Below, one piece after another: positions 42,801 through 57,191 of a stretch of DNA of 64,000 nucleotides (positions are counted from its first letter, which is position 1; every line of letters starts with the position of its first letter). This stretch comes from Trichoplax adhaerens (taxonomy: Eukaryota; Animalia; Placozoa). Below the pieces are notes generated by a model. That model saw only the letters and a list, made by a program, of their open reading frames with translations, had not been told where the DNA came from and ran no database searches. Location: contig NW_002060945.1 of the NCBI RefSeq assembly GCF_000150275.1, positions 4,203,397 to 4,267,396 of the forward strand, written 5' to 3'. Both the position numbers and the translations under genes were made by a program.

Positions 42801-45800
42801 AATATTCGAGCTGATTGGTCATTTACTCCTGAATTAAAAGGTTATCACTATGTATCATGGGGTGCAACCCAATCTCGAACCACCGTGCCAAGTGATGATC
42901 AAAGTAATACCTTGCCAGCAAAACCTATTTATGGCCGCTTACTGGGTAAATTATCAGCTGCTGATTTTCAACAAGTTGTTAAGAAAGGTTTGCAAAGTTA
43001 TAGCCGTGAAAATGGTGAATTAAATATATTAATCTTTGATGAAGTACTCGATCTTATTGCTCGTGTTGAAAGAGTTATAACACAACCAGGTGGATCATTA
43101 TTACTTGCTGGACGTAGTGGCGTTGGTCGTCGAACTGCTGTTCGATTAGTTACCCATTTACATCAGATGACATTATTTACACCTAAAGTTTCACGCAATT
43201 ACGGCTTAAAACAATTTAGAAATGATTTAAAATCAGTCATGCAACAAGCTGGCGTTGAAGGAGAAAATGTCGTATTACTTATTGAAGATTATCAAGTTGT
43301 TGAAGCGGAATTTTTAGAAATTATTAACAGCTTATTAAGTGGCGGTGAAGTACCAGGTCTCTACTCGACAGAAGAATTAGAGCCATTATTAACCCCATTG
43401 CGTGATCAAGCATCACAAGATGGATTCCGTGGACCGTTGTTATCCTATTTTACATCCCGTGTACGCTCTAAACTTCACTGTGTCTTAATTATGGACAATA
43501 CTAACGCACAATTTTCAGTAGCATGCAAGTCTAATCCAGCATTTTATAAAGCTTGCTCATTCCAATGGATGGATTCATGGAGTACCAACAGTCTCATGAA
43601 AATACCTCAGATTTATCTAGATCCACACACTCAATCCGATTCAAGCATTAAAAATGTCTGGAATGATTTAGCTAAAGCGATCTTACACATCCATGAATCA
43701 GCACCAATCGATAGTACACCACGTCGCTTTATGACATTATTGCAAAGTTGTCAAGCTGTCTATAACATGAAACGTGAAGGTATTGAAAAACGCCAAAGTC
43801 GCCTTCAAGCTGGTTTATCGAAATTAAATGAAGCTAAATCATTAGTCGATGATTTAAAAAAGGATGCAGCTAAACAGAGTACATTATTAGCTGAGAAACA
43901 AGCTGATGCTGATCAGGCATTGCAAGAAATATCCACAAGTATGCAACGAGCTAGTGATCAGCGAAATGAAATGGAAATATTAAAACAAAAATTAGCTGAA
44001 GAATCGGCTAAATTAGAAAAAAGAAAGAAAGCGATTGATATCGAATTATCCGAGATTGAGCCATTAGTTCAATCCGCTCGTCAAGCTGTTGGTAATATTA
44101 AGCCAGAATCTTTGTCTGAAATACGTTCACTACGTATGCCTCCTGATGTTATACGTGATATTTTAGAAGGTGTACTAAGATTAATGGGCATTTTTGATAC
44201 ATCATGGGTCAGCATGAAATCCTTTTTAGCTAAACGTGGTGTTAAAGAAGAAATTTGCACTTTTGATGCACGTAAAATTACAACAGATATACGTGACAAT
44301 GTCAATGAATTACTCAAATCGAGTAATTCGTTCGATGAAAAAGTAGCTAAACGTGCTAGTGCAGCTGCTGCACCATTAGCTGAATGGGTTAAAGCCAATA
44401 TTAAATTTTCTATTGTATTAGAAAAGATTGAACCCCTTGAAACGGAACAAAATGCGTTAAAGCGTAACCTTGATAAATCACAAGCACGCTTAGATAAATT
44501 AGTTAAAGCATTAAATGCAGTGGATAAAGAGGTTGCAGCTATGAAAGAGCGTTTCGAGAAGCGTACAACAGAAGCGGCTAAATTAAAGATACAGCTAGAG
44601 AAAGCACAAGAAACGATTGATGCAGCTGAGACATTAGTGACTAAATTAGATGGGGAATATAAACGATGGTCAACTCAAGTTACTAACTTAACATCAGAAA
44701 TGAATCAATTACCTCGATGGTCATTAATTACAGCTGGTTTTATGACTTATCTTGGAAGTGCACCGGAAAATGTACGTGAAAATAAAATTCATGATTGGTG
44801 TCGTGCATGTAATGTAGATCGATTGGATTTGCGACGATTTTTGAGTACAGAAAGTGAGCAATTGTCCTGGAAAGCAGAAGGTCTACCGTCGGATAATTTA
44901 TCCATTGAGAATGCTATCTTTATTTTAAAGTCTTCTATAACACCATTTTTAGTCGATCCCTCGATGAGAGCAACCGATTGGTTAAAAACCCATTTAAAAG
45001 ATGCAAGATTAGAAATAGTCAATCAACAAGATCCTAACTTTACGACATCACTTGAGTTAGCGATACGATTTGGTAAAACATTAATTATCCAAGAAGTGGA
45101 TAATATCGAGCCTATATTAATACCATTATTAAGGAATGATTTAATCAGCCAAGGCCCACGTTATGTGATCCAAATTGGCGAAAAAGTTATCGACTATAAT
45201 GAAGATTTCAAGTTATATTTAGCTACACGTAATCCTCAACCGGAATTACCATCAGATGCTGCATCAATCGTGAACGAAATTAATTTTACAACAACGAAAG
45301 CTGGTCTAACAGCTCAATTATTAGCTATGACAATACAAAACGAGAAACCAGAATTAGAAGTACGCAAAATGGAATTTTTAAAGACAGAAGAAGAATTAAA
45401 AATTCAAGTGGAAAAATTAGAAGATTCCTTATTAGAAGAATTAGCCCAAGCTGAAGGCAATATCTTGGAAAATAAGGATTTAATCGAATCATTAAATAAA
45501 ACTAAAGCAAGTAGCATTACAATCGCTGAATCGCTACAAGAATCACTACGACTTCAATCCGCATTAGATCAAGAGCGTGATGTTTATCGTCCATTAGCCG
45601 AATATGGTAGTTCCTTGCTGTTTGTTATAACCGATCTAAGTAAATTAAATAATATGTACCGCTTTAGTTTAAGCTCCTTTTTACGCTTATTTCAACGTGC
45701 ATTAAAATCAGAACTTGATGCTGGTAATATTGAAATGCGAATTAAATTATTAATGTCATCGTTAAGATCACTAGTCTACGAATATGCATGTCGATCATTA

Positions 45801-48800
45801 TATAAAGCTGATCATTTAACATTTGCAATGCACCTTGTCCATGGCATTCGACCAGAATTATTCCAAGAACAAGAATGGGAATTCTTTTGTGGCCTGATTG
45901 TATCGGACGTCAACGTTCACAAACAAGAAGGAAGTAAACGATCTCATGAATTTTTACCAAATTGGTGCGATGCTGAATTAGCCTCATCGATTGCTGCATT
46001 GAAAACCACCTTCCCAACTTGGTTTCAAAATCTTAAATTAGACGATAATAATATTTGGAGTACATTTTCAAGGCATTCCCAATGTGAGAAAGAGTTTCCG
46101 TCTGATGTAACACGCAAAATTAGTGAGTTCCAACAAGTGTTAACTATTCAAGCTTTGCGCCCTGATCGTTTACAAAGTGCTATGAGCCTTTTTGCCGCAC
46201 GTGCACTCAATATGAAAGAATTGTCACCGCCGACATTAAATTTAAAACGATTGTATACTAATGAAACTGTAGCTGATGAACCAATCTTGATTATTATTTC
46301 ACCTGGTGCTGATCCATCACAAGAATTGCAAGATCTTGCTTCTAAGACTGTTGGCGAAGATAAATATCATCAAGTAGCAATGGGTCAAGGCCAAGCCGAT
46401 ATTGCTATACGCTTATTACGCGATTGTGCTCGAAATGGCGATTGGCTTTGCTTGAAAAATTTACATTTAGTAACATCATGGTTACCAATTTTAGAGAAGG
46501 AATTTAAATCGCTCGAACCGCATCAGGATTTCCGTCTATGGTTAACTTCAGAGGTTCATCCAAAGTTTACACCAATATTACTTCAATCTAGCTTGAAAGT
46601 AACTTATGAAGCACCTCCAGGTAAGTTCGAGAAATTGATCTTATCTGTGATCATTTTAAAATACGTTAGGATAATAACTTTTAATCTCATGTTGGAACTA
46701 TGTTTAACAATTTACTTATTGAATTTACTCGTATGTTAATATTGGCATCTTGTAATATAGGGGTAAAAAGAAATTTACAAAGAACATTAGAATCATGGTC
46801 AACCGATTTTTTCCAGAAAAGTAATTCACCAATTAGAGCACAAGCTTTATTTACTGCTGCATGGTTTCATGCTATTGTTCAAGAGCGTCGTAGTTATATC
46901 CCACAAGGCTGGTCGAAATTTTATGAATTTTCAAGATCTGATTTACGTTGTGCTGCTGAAGTCATTGAAAGGGTGTTGAAAAAATCCGGTAATGACTCAG
47001 TGAAGTGGGAATTTGTCCATGGCTTATTAGAAAATGCAGTCTATGGTGGCCGTATCGATAACCCATTTGATATTCGAGTACTTGAATCTTACCTCCATCA
47101 ATGCTTTAATAAAAGTGTAATTGGAGGCCAATCAGGCCGACGAAAACCACTCACCAATAATTTTAGCATGCCTCAATCATCACATTACCAAGATTACATG
47201 GATATGATCTCGTTATTATCCGATAATGATCAGCCTTCCTTGTTTGGTTTACCAGCTAATATTGAACGATCAATACAAAGATCAATTAGTACACAAGTTA
47301 TTAGTCAGTTGAAAGTATTGATGAGAGCTGATGCAATAGTTGATAAATTCGATAAAGAGAAATGGCAGACAGAATTAGGACCGATATTGCAGTTGTGGAA
47401 GAAACTCAATCAGGTATAAAAACTCGTACCGTATTTAACTACAGTTTCTAAGTAATATAGTGATACAGTACAATAGTTAAGAAATAAAATGTCCTATTCT
47501 TTAATACGTTATTCCTCCTTCTAGGGTACTAAATTACTACAAGAGAAAGGCTCATTCCCCTCTGGGAAAGCTGTTGATGAATCCCCAGTTACCGCTTTTA
47601 TTCAACTTGAACGATATAATGCTATTAAATTAATGCAGGTAAAAATATGAAAACTAGATAATTTATGGATTAATCCATGCCTACTTTATTGGTGACTAAA
47701 TCACGACAAAAAATAATTTGTTAATATACTCTGTCCTACACAGTCCGTTCATGGCTCTCTGTCTGGACTAAATAAAGTTATACGAGGAAATGCTCTACTA
47801 ACAACAGCAATAACCGCACTAGCTGGAGCGCTTCTTAAAAACGAGGTAACTTTTGCATTACAATAATTCTGGTTAATATTAACTATGCTTGGAGTGTATA
47901 AGCAAGTATTAAATAGAATATGGAAATGATTGTTGTCAATAATCATCTAAATCTAGGTACCAAGTAGTTGGAGCAATAAGTGGGACGGTCCAGAAGATCC
48001 TATGCAATGGTTACGCGCATTAGTAGCCAAGACGTTAGCATTAGGAACATGGGTTCAAAAATCTGAATCAGGATCTTTACTTTCAGAATCATTAGATTTA
48101 GCTGAACTATTTCATCCAGATACATTCTTAAATGCACTAAGGCAACAAACAGCAAGGTAAATAAGCGGTATTTGGAATACCCTTTTAATATAGATAGATA
48201 GCTTCTAATTAAACATATTTACACCATATGACTATAGAGGGACAAAATTATCCATGGATAATTTAAAACTCCAATGTTCATGGGATGGAGAAATTAAAGG
48301 AGCAATGCATCCAGTTAAGGTTTGTACCGACATACATCAAACAAACTGAAAAACTACATTCTTTTATACCGTTAAGAATTTAATAAAGATACCCTATAAT
48401 TATTACAAGCAAGAAACTGATGAATTTACTTCCTTTACAATAGATTACAGGCCTACAAATCGAAGGATGTATATTTGATGGTAGTCGATTTTCTGATTGT
48501 CAGCGTGATACTTCCAGTATATCAGCTGTGCCAGATTGCAAAGTAGCGTGGGTACCGAAGGTAATAAATGAAAAAATATTCTTGGGGTTGTTTTTAATGT
48601 AAAAGCTAGCGATTTGAATTTCCTTTATTACATATCTATGTTAATGTCTCTTAATCATGATATTAATACTAGGAAATGGTTAGTCCATACCCTGAAAAGA
48701 ACTGTATGCTACTCCCTGTATACTATGATACAAGTCGGGAAGGAATTGTAACTAAATTGAATGTACCATGTGGTGGTCAACAAATTAAATGGATCCAGTG

Positions 48801-48831
48801 CAATACTGCATTATTCCTGAAAAAGATATAA
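33900..48831 (+). CDS. DYNC2H1: Cytoplasmic dynein 2 heavy chain (retrograde IFT motor), ~4,324 aa, 17 coding exons
   Basis: Exons: 33900-34913, 35017-35265, 35351-35424, 35537-35705, 35824-35999, 36103-36301, 36397-36657, 36751-36855, 36942-37081, 37460-46620, 46761-47413, 47525-47638, 47744-47845, 47957-48156, 48238-48319, 48444-48560, 48673-48831. AAA P-loops GPAGTGKT, GPSGSGKT, GPEGCGKE and GRSGVGRR match the dynein-2 pattern; QVAHFYNTIDQQMI and KLVHTPLTDKCYLTLTQ also present. Confidence 0.97.
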
Positions 48832-51800
48832 ACTCAATTTTTTGTTTTCATGAGCTACATGTTATGTCATTGCTGCTCTATCAACATTAGAATTGCACCG
48901 CATTACCTCAGTGGCATAGGAATATTTTATTCTAAATTGATTATTTGATTTTTAGAGTAATTAGTAATAATCGTATAACACTCAACCTCCGTACATTAAT
49001 CTTTATGAACTATTTCATAGAATTCTTATTCTTATTCTTATGTGATGATTTATTTTCAACATTAAATCCTCATGCTCTTGTATACGATCTCTTTTATTAT
49101 ATACTATCATAGCAATCTGCTTTATTAGAATGATAAAAATATAATATTATTATTAGTAATGAGGTATTTTCTTTAACACGGAGTTTAAGAACTCAATACG
49201 TCATTTGCTGTGGAGTTCTCAGTATTTGTTTGTGCATCCTATTATTTCAGAATTGTATAGCGAGTATATTTAGATCAGCCTGTGTGACCATTATACTCAC
49301 ATGACGAGTATAATATGCTTATATTACATATATACTATATACCTATTGTATATTCAAGCAGATGAAATAAAATACCAATCACAAAGCAATTAAAAATATC
49401 ACATCTGTCAAAGGTAGTACAGTATGTGTGTACACATATTATACATTTACTGTATAGAACACGACGTTAAATTAGATGATGACGGTGATGATGATGATTC
49501 GTAGTATACTGAGGACATCACGCATGCTAATATTACATTTTTACTCAACACTTTTTCAACCAATTTGCAAACAGACCTACGTTGAGGCAATATTCATTAA
49601 TTGCCCCATGCCCCATCACATAGAACTTGGTACTTGTTGTTTCTATTACATCATATTTTCTATTAGACTGTAAGGGCATTGATACTACATACGTTGTGTG
49701 ATATTGAAAGGAAGTTCACTTGACTCCTGCACTTAAGTAGCAGATAGTTATAAAAGTTATTAAATCAAATTACTTGCTTATTTGTAGGGCTTGGCAAAAT
49801 TATAAGGTTAACATTAAGGAAAAATTCTAGATTTAAAAACAAATTTTTTAATGATTGCCTATTTGATTAATTTAATTTAAGATAATTAGTCTGAGATTGG
49901 GAAGAAAGCTAGGAATGCAGAAAATCTACAGTCTTTAAGCCGCTGTGTGTCACTATTTATGTCAATCAAGACGCTAAAACTAGGTGTAAATATTGGATTT
50001 ACAGAAAAAAAATAGATAAGCAGCAGGACCAGAAATTATCATCAGACATGGCGTCTTCTTATTGCTAAAATAAAGTACGATGCGTCTTGTCAATATTATG
50101 ATTGTAAACGTAATAATTACTCATAACAAATTATAACGCATAAAGTTAAAATTTCGCCGACGCAACGCTGTACTATAAATTAATGCATACTTTGATGTAT
50201 CCTAAATTAGCCTATTGCCCACGTTGGATTTCATACGGTCTGTTTGCTTGTGATCATCAAAGTCAATATTATTAGTAGACGATCAATATTGAGAATTCAC
50301 CTTTAGTGATGAGGTAATAAATATAAAACGTAGAAAATATAAAAGAAAAAGTGGCCCCATATTTTATTTGTTTTGCCATCTTTGATGAATCAGTATCACC
50401 ATTTATACACAATTACGCGATAAAATGAGTTAGGCGTAGAAGTCAATTTTTTGGCTTCCATACAACAATGTAAGAGTAAATATAGTCTTTCAGACATGTC
50501 ACACATCAATACACGTCGAAGTTATAGTATAAGAGTTAGGACTTTACCGTCTAATATCAAACAAATCTGTAGGTTCATTGCATTAAGATACAAAAGTTAG
50601 AATTATGACATTAGAATAATGTAAAAACAATCGTCGCATACCTTACGCAGTAGACGATCATAGTTGTCATTCCAGACTAACACCAAACAATTTAGCATAA
50701 AAAAGTACTCCATGATCAAATATTGTAATCAATTGTAAGTCTAGCTTAAAGCATAGACTGATATCATTAATTACAGTTACAAATAAATGATATGATATTA
50801 TTTGAAATTTTCAGGTTAAATATGTTGCACAACGAACAAATTTACAATATGGACAATTATGATTGCAACGGCTCTAGTCATGGATAACATGTCAAGAACT
50901 ATAGTAGGTATAACAGGAAAGAATTTAAGCAACAGGATTTGCCACCTTGTCAGAGCAATCCAGATCACTATACCCATAATCGTTCAATAAATAAGAATAA
51001 TATTATTATTATCCATAAGAGATAATATAAATATAAATTAAGTTTAAGTTAGCAATTCCCGATTCGTATATATAGATTATGTTAAGTGATTGTCGACCAT
51101 TAGTGAATTATATTACAGCACTACGTATAAATTATTTCCTTCAATATTAGTTACGCAGATTTAATACATTTCATGCAATCTTCTAGAGCCTAATTACAAT
51201 TATTACCTAGATACACATGGAGGGCTATAAAGGCATAAGAACGTATATTCATCATAAATAACAGGCAACCCCAGGGTGTGACGATATATACAGTATGAAA
51301 AAGCTGTATACAAGTACATACAACGACTTTTAAAACACATCTTGAATGAAACACTGTACCGCCGAATCTATGATTGTTTTGCGAACGATCAACCTTTTGC
51401 TCACATAAGTCTCTTTTGAGGTTATTCATTTTTACTTAACGATAACGATAGCTCAAAAGTCAAGTCGTATAAACGAAATAAATAACTATAATTGGTTAGT
51501 GAAGTGATGAAAGATTTGTTGTTAACTCGATTAACAATAACAATGTGCGTAAATGCATAATAGTGTCATAATTAAACGAATATTATACTGTGATATCGAA
51601 AGAAGTATAGATATCTAACATATACAAGTAAATACAGTATTACTGTCAGTATTTAAAGGATATAACGCTCATAAATAGTAATAAACAATTTTAGTCGTGA
51701 CCTAAATTGACATCAGAATATATTATTGAAAGGCTTGAAATGCAACAATTTCCTAAGCCAATGAATCGGTAAACCAACCAGAAATAACAAAGTGGAATCA

Positions 51801-51925
51801 ATGTTTCTTTAGTACTCATGAGCCTTCCCTTCCTCGTTCATACGATAATAGATGACAATACTTGTAATTGGTTAATCGTACGTCAACTTTTCAATCACAA
51901 CCTAACGTTGTAAACTACCGATACA

Positions 51926-54655
51926 TCACAACGACATATGACGAGACATCAACAGCTGCTGACTTTCTTCTCTTCTATCAGGCAGTTTAAAACGTTTGAC
52001 ATCACTCAGACATTCTTCAGACTTCCAAAGTCTATCATGGTTATAACGTCGTTTCCTTTTTCCCATATAATCTTTTCAAATAAACGAGAAAAATTTTACA
52101 AATAGAAGCAACAAGCAGAGATGTCAGGAAACATACATAGTACTGCAAGCACTGTAGGCAAATTTTATACGTTTATCTTAACAAAAAAGACTATATCGGT
52201 TAGAACGTTACCATAAATCACCAAGATAACAATGTATATCATATAGCAGTATTGAAGCAAGAATGATAAGTGCACTCATATAGGTAAGTAAGTTAAAGCA
52301 TTTTCTTACCTACACACCATACTACACACAATCAGAATGTAAACTAAAAAATTTAATCAAAAGTTATTATCTAGTGATACTGTTTTCCAAGGATGCATCT
52401 GTATATTGTATAGCTAATCTAATCTAGTGAACGGCTTACAAGATATGGTAAATATTGGTCAATGAGTTGTCACTTATCAGTAAATATTATTACGATACGG
52501 TATTACTGGTACTACATTTCGCTTATCATGTTAAAGTATTTAATGAACCCTAGGCGAGTCTAATGAAACCATTATAACAAAATTAAATTTTATCGATGTT
52601 ATTATTATTAATTTTCAAACTGAAACAATATGTGCATAATATCAGAGACCTCTCAAAATAAAAAATACGTATTGCCAAATTTCAGAAAAAAGCTAGCCAT
52701 CAACCCTGTTTCTTGATGAAAAGTATTGAACAATTCTCATGCATCATACTACATACTCATACACTGAGTCTACAAATTATATTATTGATTAATTATAAAG
52801 CTGTCCTGTTCTTGTAGTAATTTATGTTACAGTAAGTATGTACCGCAATTTTGATCTACAGTAGGACTAAGGAATAACGCAATAAGTACGGTGCCGGAGT
52901 AAAAATTAAAACAGCAGCTAGTTTTTCTAGGTTGTTCACTTCCGATGTAGATTGTGAAGTAGTAAAAGCACTGTACTGTGGGTAGAGTACTTTAAGTACT
53001 CTACTGTTCCAGCACTACAGGATTCTGCTAGTAACGAATGAAATTATTACTAAAGGCGTTACGTAAGGTTAAAATAATACGAATTAACATTGATTCTGTA
53101 TACATGGTAAATCAAAGCATAATGTACGTCTATGTAATCAATTACTGAAATCATAAAGGCTTCAAAGGATAAATTAATATAATTAATTAATAATACAGTA
53201 TAATGACAACTATGGTTAATAATATCATGGCTACTAACAGGGACTACTTCACTTTTTCGAGTAGTCCCTACCACTAATTCGCTATGGCTGTATGGATAGG
53301 CAAAGCATAAAGTAGGAGTTTTACTGCAGCAAGACGCTTTGTGCTGTTTTGAAAATGCGTCATGTACACAGCAGTATAGGGTACTATGAATACATGTCAT
53401 GGCGTCAACTAATGTCTGCTAGCTTTGTACCCATATTTCAAAACTATCACAATTACGAATGGGATAACATTATTAACGATAGTCACATAATCGTCGATTA
53501 GCGATCATTTTTAAAGCCGTTAACAAGTCAACAATACAGTAGAATTAGGCCCTAAGGGGATACTAAGGAGTAGACAATAGTAGTACCTACTACTCGTTTA
53601 AAATGATAATACGTACTTCGGGCGATTTAGAAGTCTTTTCAACAAAAAAGCTAGATGTAGGAATATTGTACTAGCCGATCGCATCTAACGGATCGATTGG
53701 TCAAGCAAGACTCCTAAGAACATTAGCATTTTGTAAAATTGAACTGCTATTTTTATACAATATCGAATATTGTACTACAAAATTTAAGATTTATAGAAAT
53801 GCCATAGAGTGTACAAATTACATTATTAGATATTAACTTGCTTATTGAAGAGGAAAGTTAAAAAAAAAATAATATCCATACGTAGGCAATCAAATAAAAC
53901 GTCAATATCCGTAACTTGAAAGGTATGAATGGGGTAAATTTACATATTTCCTATTCTAATAATCCTATTTCCTACTATCTCACGTAGTGTACATAAAATG
54001 ATTATCATAATTTTTTACAGCATCAAGATTGTTTCTATATGCAATGCTGTAGGAACTTACCAGTCATAACACTTGTAAACACCATTTTAGATTTATAGCC
54101 CGGTTTATTTCGCTCACTGCGGCGGTAATAAACTCCTTTCTTTGGGGGTAATCCATGACAACTACTTCCATTGCTTGAATAGTTATCAAGCTTAATTTCA
54201 CTTTGCTCAGATATAATTGTTTGATGTCTACCGGTATTACTGGTTGACGGCTTTGGGATAGAATTGTTCCGAAAGTTATCGTAGTTATTTTTGTCATTCC
54301 CATTAGTGTCGATCATACAACTTTCGTCAAGAATTTGATTTGTCCTTTCCTTATTGTGAGGAATGCCGTTGGCGTCAGAAATATTTTTGGATGGCGTTAG
54401 CTGATTACAAGTAACGGTACTACCATCATCGTCGACTTTTTGCGCGACATACCTAGTAGCGGTCGAATCGATCAATTTCCATTGGTAGGGCCCAGGTAAG
54501 GGAGTAAACCTTTCAAAGTCGAAATTCCATTTCTGACTTTTCTCAGCACGGATCTCACGAAGAGCTTTTTCCGTCTCTTCCCTTAATTCGACTGTATCGC
54601 AAGAACCAAACAAACAACGCCGGGCGCGATTATTACCGGTACGTTGCTGTTGCAT
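51926..54655 (-). CDS. Cip/Kip family CDK inhibitor (p21/p27/p57-like), 246 aa, 2 coding exons
   Basis: Exon 54655-54061 carries the CDI domain (RARRCLFG...KWNFDFERFTPLPGPYQW). Its phase-1 GTAAG donor joins an acceptor at 52072-52073; exon 52071-51926 reads DYMGKRKRRYNH...RHMSL*. Total 741 nt, in frame. Confidence 0.88.
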
Positions 54656-57129
54656 TGCTTTCTAGTTGAAGAGATGAACCGATTTTTAGTGTTTTTCTTA
54701 GCTGTGTTGTCTTCCTAATTCAATTGATGACTAAGATTGAGATTCGCTGCAAAGTAATGGCAATTAAGAGAATGCGCTGTTGTTGAGTTCTTCCACGGCT
54801 GGACATCCGCATTAAACAGATTAAAGAAAAAAAAAATTGTTATTAAAAGGTAGAGATTAAGACTGTCTTATTGTGGTTAAATTAACACTTATGTACTATG
54901 GCAAAAGGCTAGGAGTGTGTACAATAAGTTACTTTAGTGTTAATGAAAGACGCCTATTGTGTATTATGTACTAGAATTTAACGTTGTAGAAACCAATTAT
55001 AGCAGTATTGTTGATAATATGAATAAAGACGCCACGTCTACTTTGCATATCAACATAAAACAATCAGATATTTGTCTTTCCATTACTAATGCATATTGTC
55101 GAGTAATTGGGTTACAAATTGCAAGTATAAACTTGTTTCATATTAGCAGAGCAGTGAGTGAAATATTTTTTCACATCACAGGAGATTATGAAATGAAAAA
55201 GAAATCGGAATTAATCAAAAATTCTTCAATGTCGTTATCAATTTTATAACCCAAATACTATTATCAACAATTCCATGTGTTATTCCGTATTGCCTACTAT
55301 CTTTGTAGTTGTCAGTTCAATTAAATTTTAACGTTTGACATTGACAGAAATGCAATTTCAACTAGGGATTACACAACAATAAAATACAGACTGTGATGTC
55401 AAGGTTGAATATAGGTTACAGAAGGATATAAACTGCAATGATAACATCAACAAAATAGCATAAGTAACATCCAAAGTCGTCTCTATTTGGTGGTATCCAT
55501 CTCCGTACAAACCTTTCTATTCAAATTGTACACTCCAATTACATCAAAAATTGATCCGAAAATGGACTATCGATAGGGTGGCAATCTGATCTACATCAAC
55601 GTTCATAAGTAGAACTAGTAAAAATTAATCCCCCCCCCCCAAAAAATAATAAGACAAAGCTGCACTACAGTGCTGATCGATCGAATATGTCTACAATAAG
55701 TAAATAAATATAAATACGTATTGTTGGCAGTAGCCACGTAGTATAGTGTATTATACATGGCAGATCGGGTGATGCTGAACTAGTGTAGTGGACTACAACT
55801 TTTGACACACCACAACATAAAAACATTCAATCAATCACTGATAGATGGATAGACAGAACATACGGTAGGTTGATCAAAACAAAAGGCTAACAATAGAAAT
55901 GATTAATCATATCGCGTATTATCTATCGTACGGAGAATTTTTTATCTTTAATAAACAAATTTTTACAGCTAGCAGAAAGTTTTCTTATTTTAGATGTACA
56001 GTACAGTAAAAGATAAGTACCACCATATTCCACTTTTCTCATTAGAATGGCTACATTCGTAATATGCATTCTGCAATGTACAATACAGTACTACTGTATG
56101 TGTATGTATCCACCAATATTTGTAGTATTGTACAATGATGTACGCGTCTACTCTTTTCACCATCAGAACAAATTGCTTCAGAAGATCTTAACTGCAAAGT
56201 GGACACTGTCGGTTCTTAGTCGGAAAGTGAATGTTTTATCTAGTTTAACACAGAGATGACGAAGTACAAATGGGATAACATGTTATGTAACTCTGAATTT
56301 CAACATCGACAAGGATAGTTTGCGACATTTGCGGCTTAGTCAAGGCTTTCATTTCACATTATTGCATATTACATGGTACATTATTACAGCTAGTAAATTC
56401 CATTAGCACAGTAGCGAATCTCTAAATGGCGCATGGACTGACATTATACCTAGCAGTTAGTCTCCCAATGGGACGAATTGAACTCACTGACTGAAGCTAG
56501 CACACCATAAAGTAATTTCAATCAAGGTTTACAAAGTTGTCATTGCCGTATTGTACGAAAATACTGTACAGTAGGATTACTAACTTGAAGACATATTATT
56601 GTTATATAAATTATTATTATCATCAATATTTGGAAAATAATGAAAATACGTACTTGACGCGAATGCCACCAGCTTAAAATAATAGCTTTTATAGACTACT
56701 AATGAGAACTATGCCTTTCAATCCGGCGCATACCGTAATAGCAGTAGGATAGAATGAAGCAATTTGGTACCTTGGCACACGAGTAAAGTTAGGATAATCG
56801 CAGAAAATACCTCCAAAAAAGCCGTCTCGTTAATTTACTTGAAGCAAGTAACGTTACAAAACGAAATACTATTGATTGCCCAGAAATCGACACTGATTAA
56901 TACTGTACATTGCTCTACACATATTTCAGTAATTACTTTAGCCTAAAAGGATTTTGCTCCTTATCGTACTCATACAACTAAACAGAATTGAATGTGTCTA
57001 CTCAAATTGGGGTCAGTCAATCGTTATAACTGTAGTTTAGTAGTTAAGTAAGTCAATAAAAAGTCATTGACATCTTGCGTCAAATAGTATTGGTGCTTGT
57101 TTTGATGCTACATTATTAGATACAGCAAT

Positions 57130-57191
57130 GATCAGGTTGCTGACAAGTCGAGGACAGGACTGATCATGTAATCACAAGTCTAAACATGTCA
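57130..57191. promoter_or_regulatory. Candidate p53-family response element array upstream of the CDK inhibitor CDS
   Basis: CANG cores at 57133, 57144, 57155, 57165, 57175 and 57185. Contiguous decamers GATCATGTAA TCACAAGTCT AAACATGTCA versus consensus RRRCWWGYYY. Confidence 0.4.

Noticed and set aside
40181-45022. Antisense ORFs within DYNC2H1 (and similar ones in PIGO and CERT1)
   Set aside because: Expected shadow ORFs opposite long coding exons, with no independent features.
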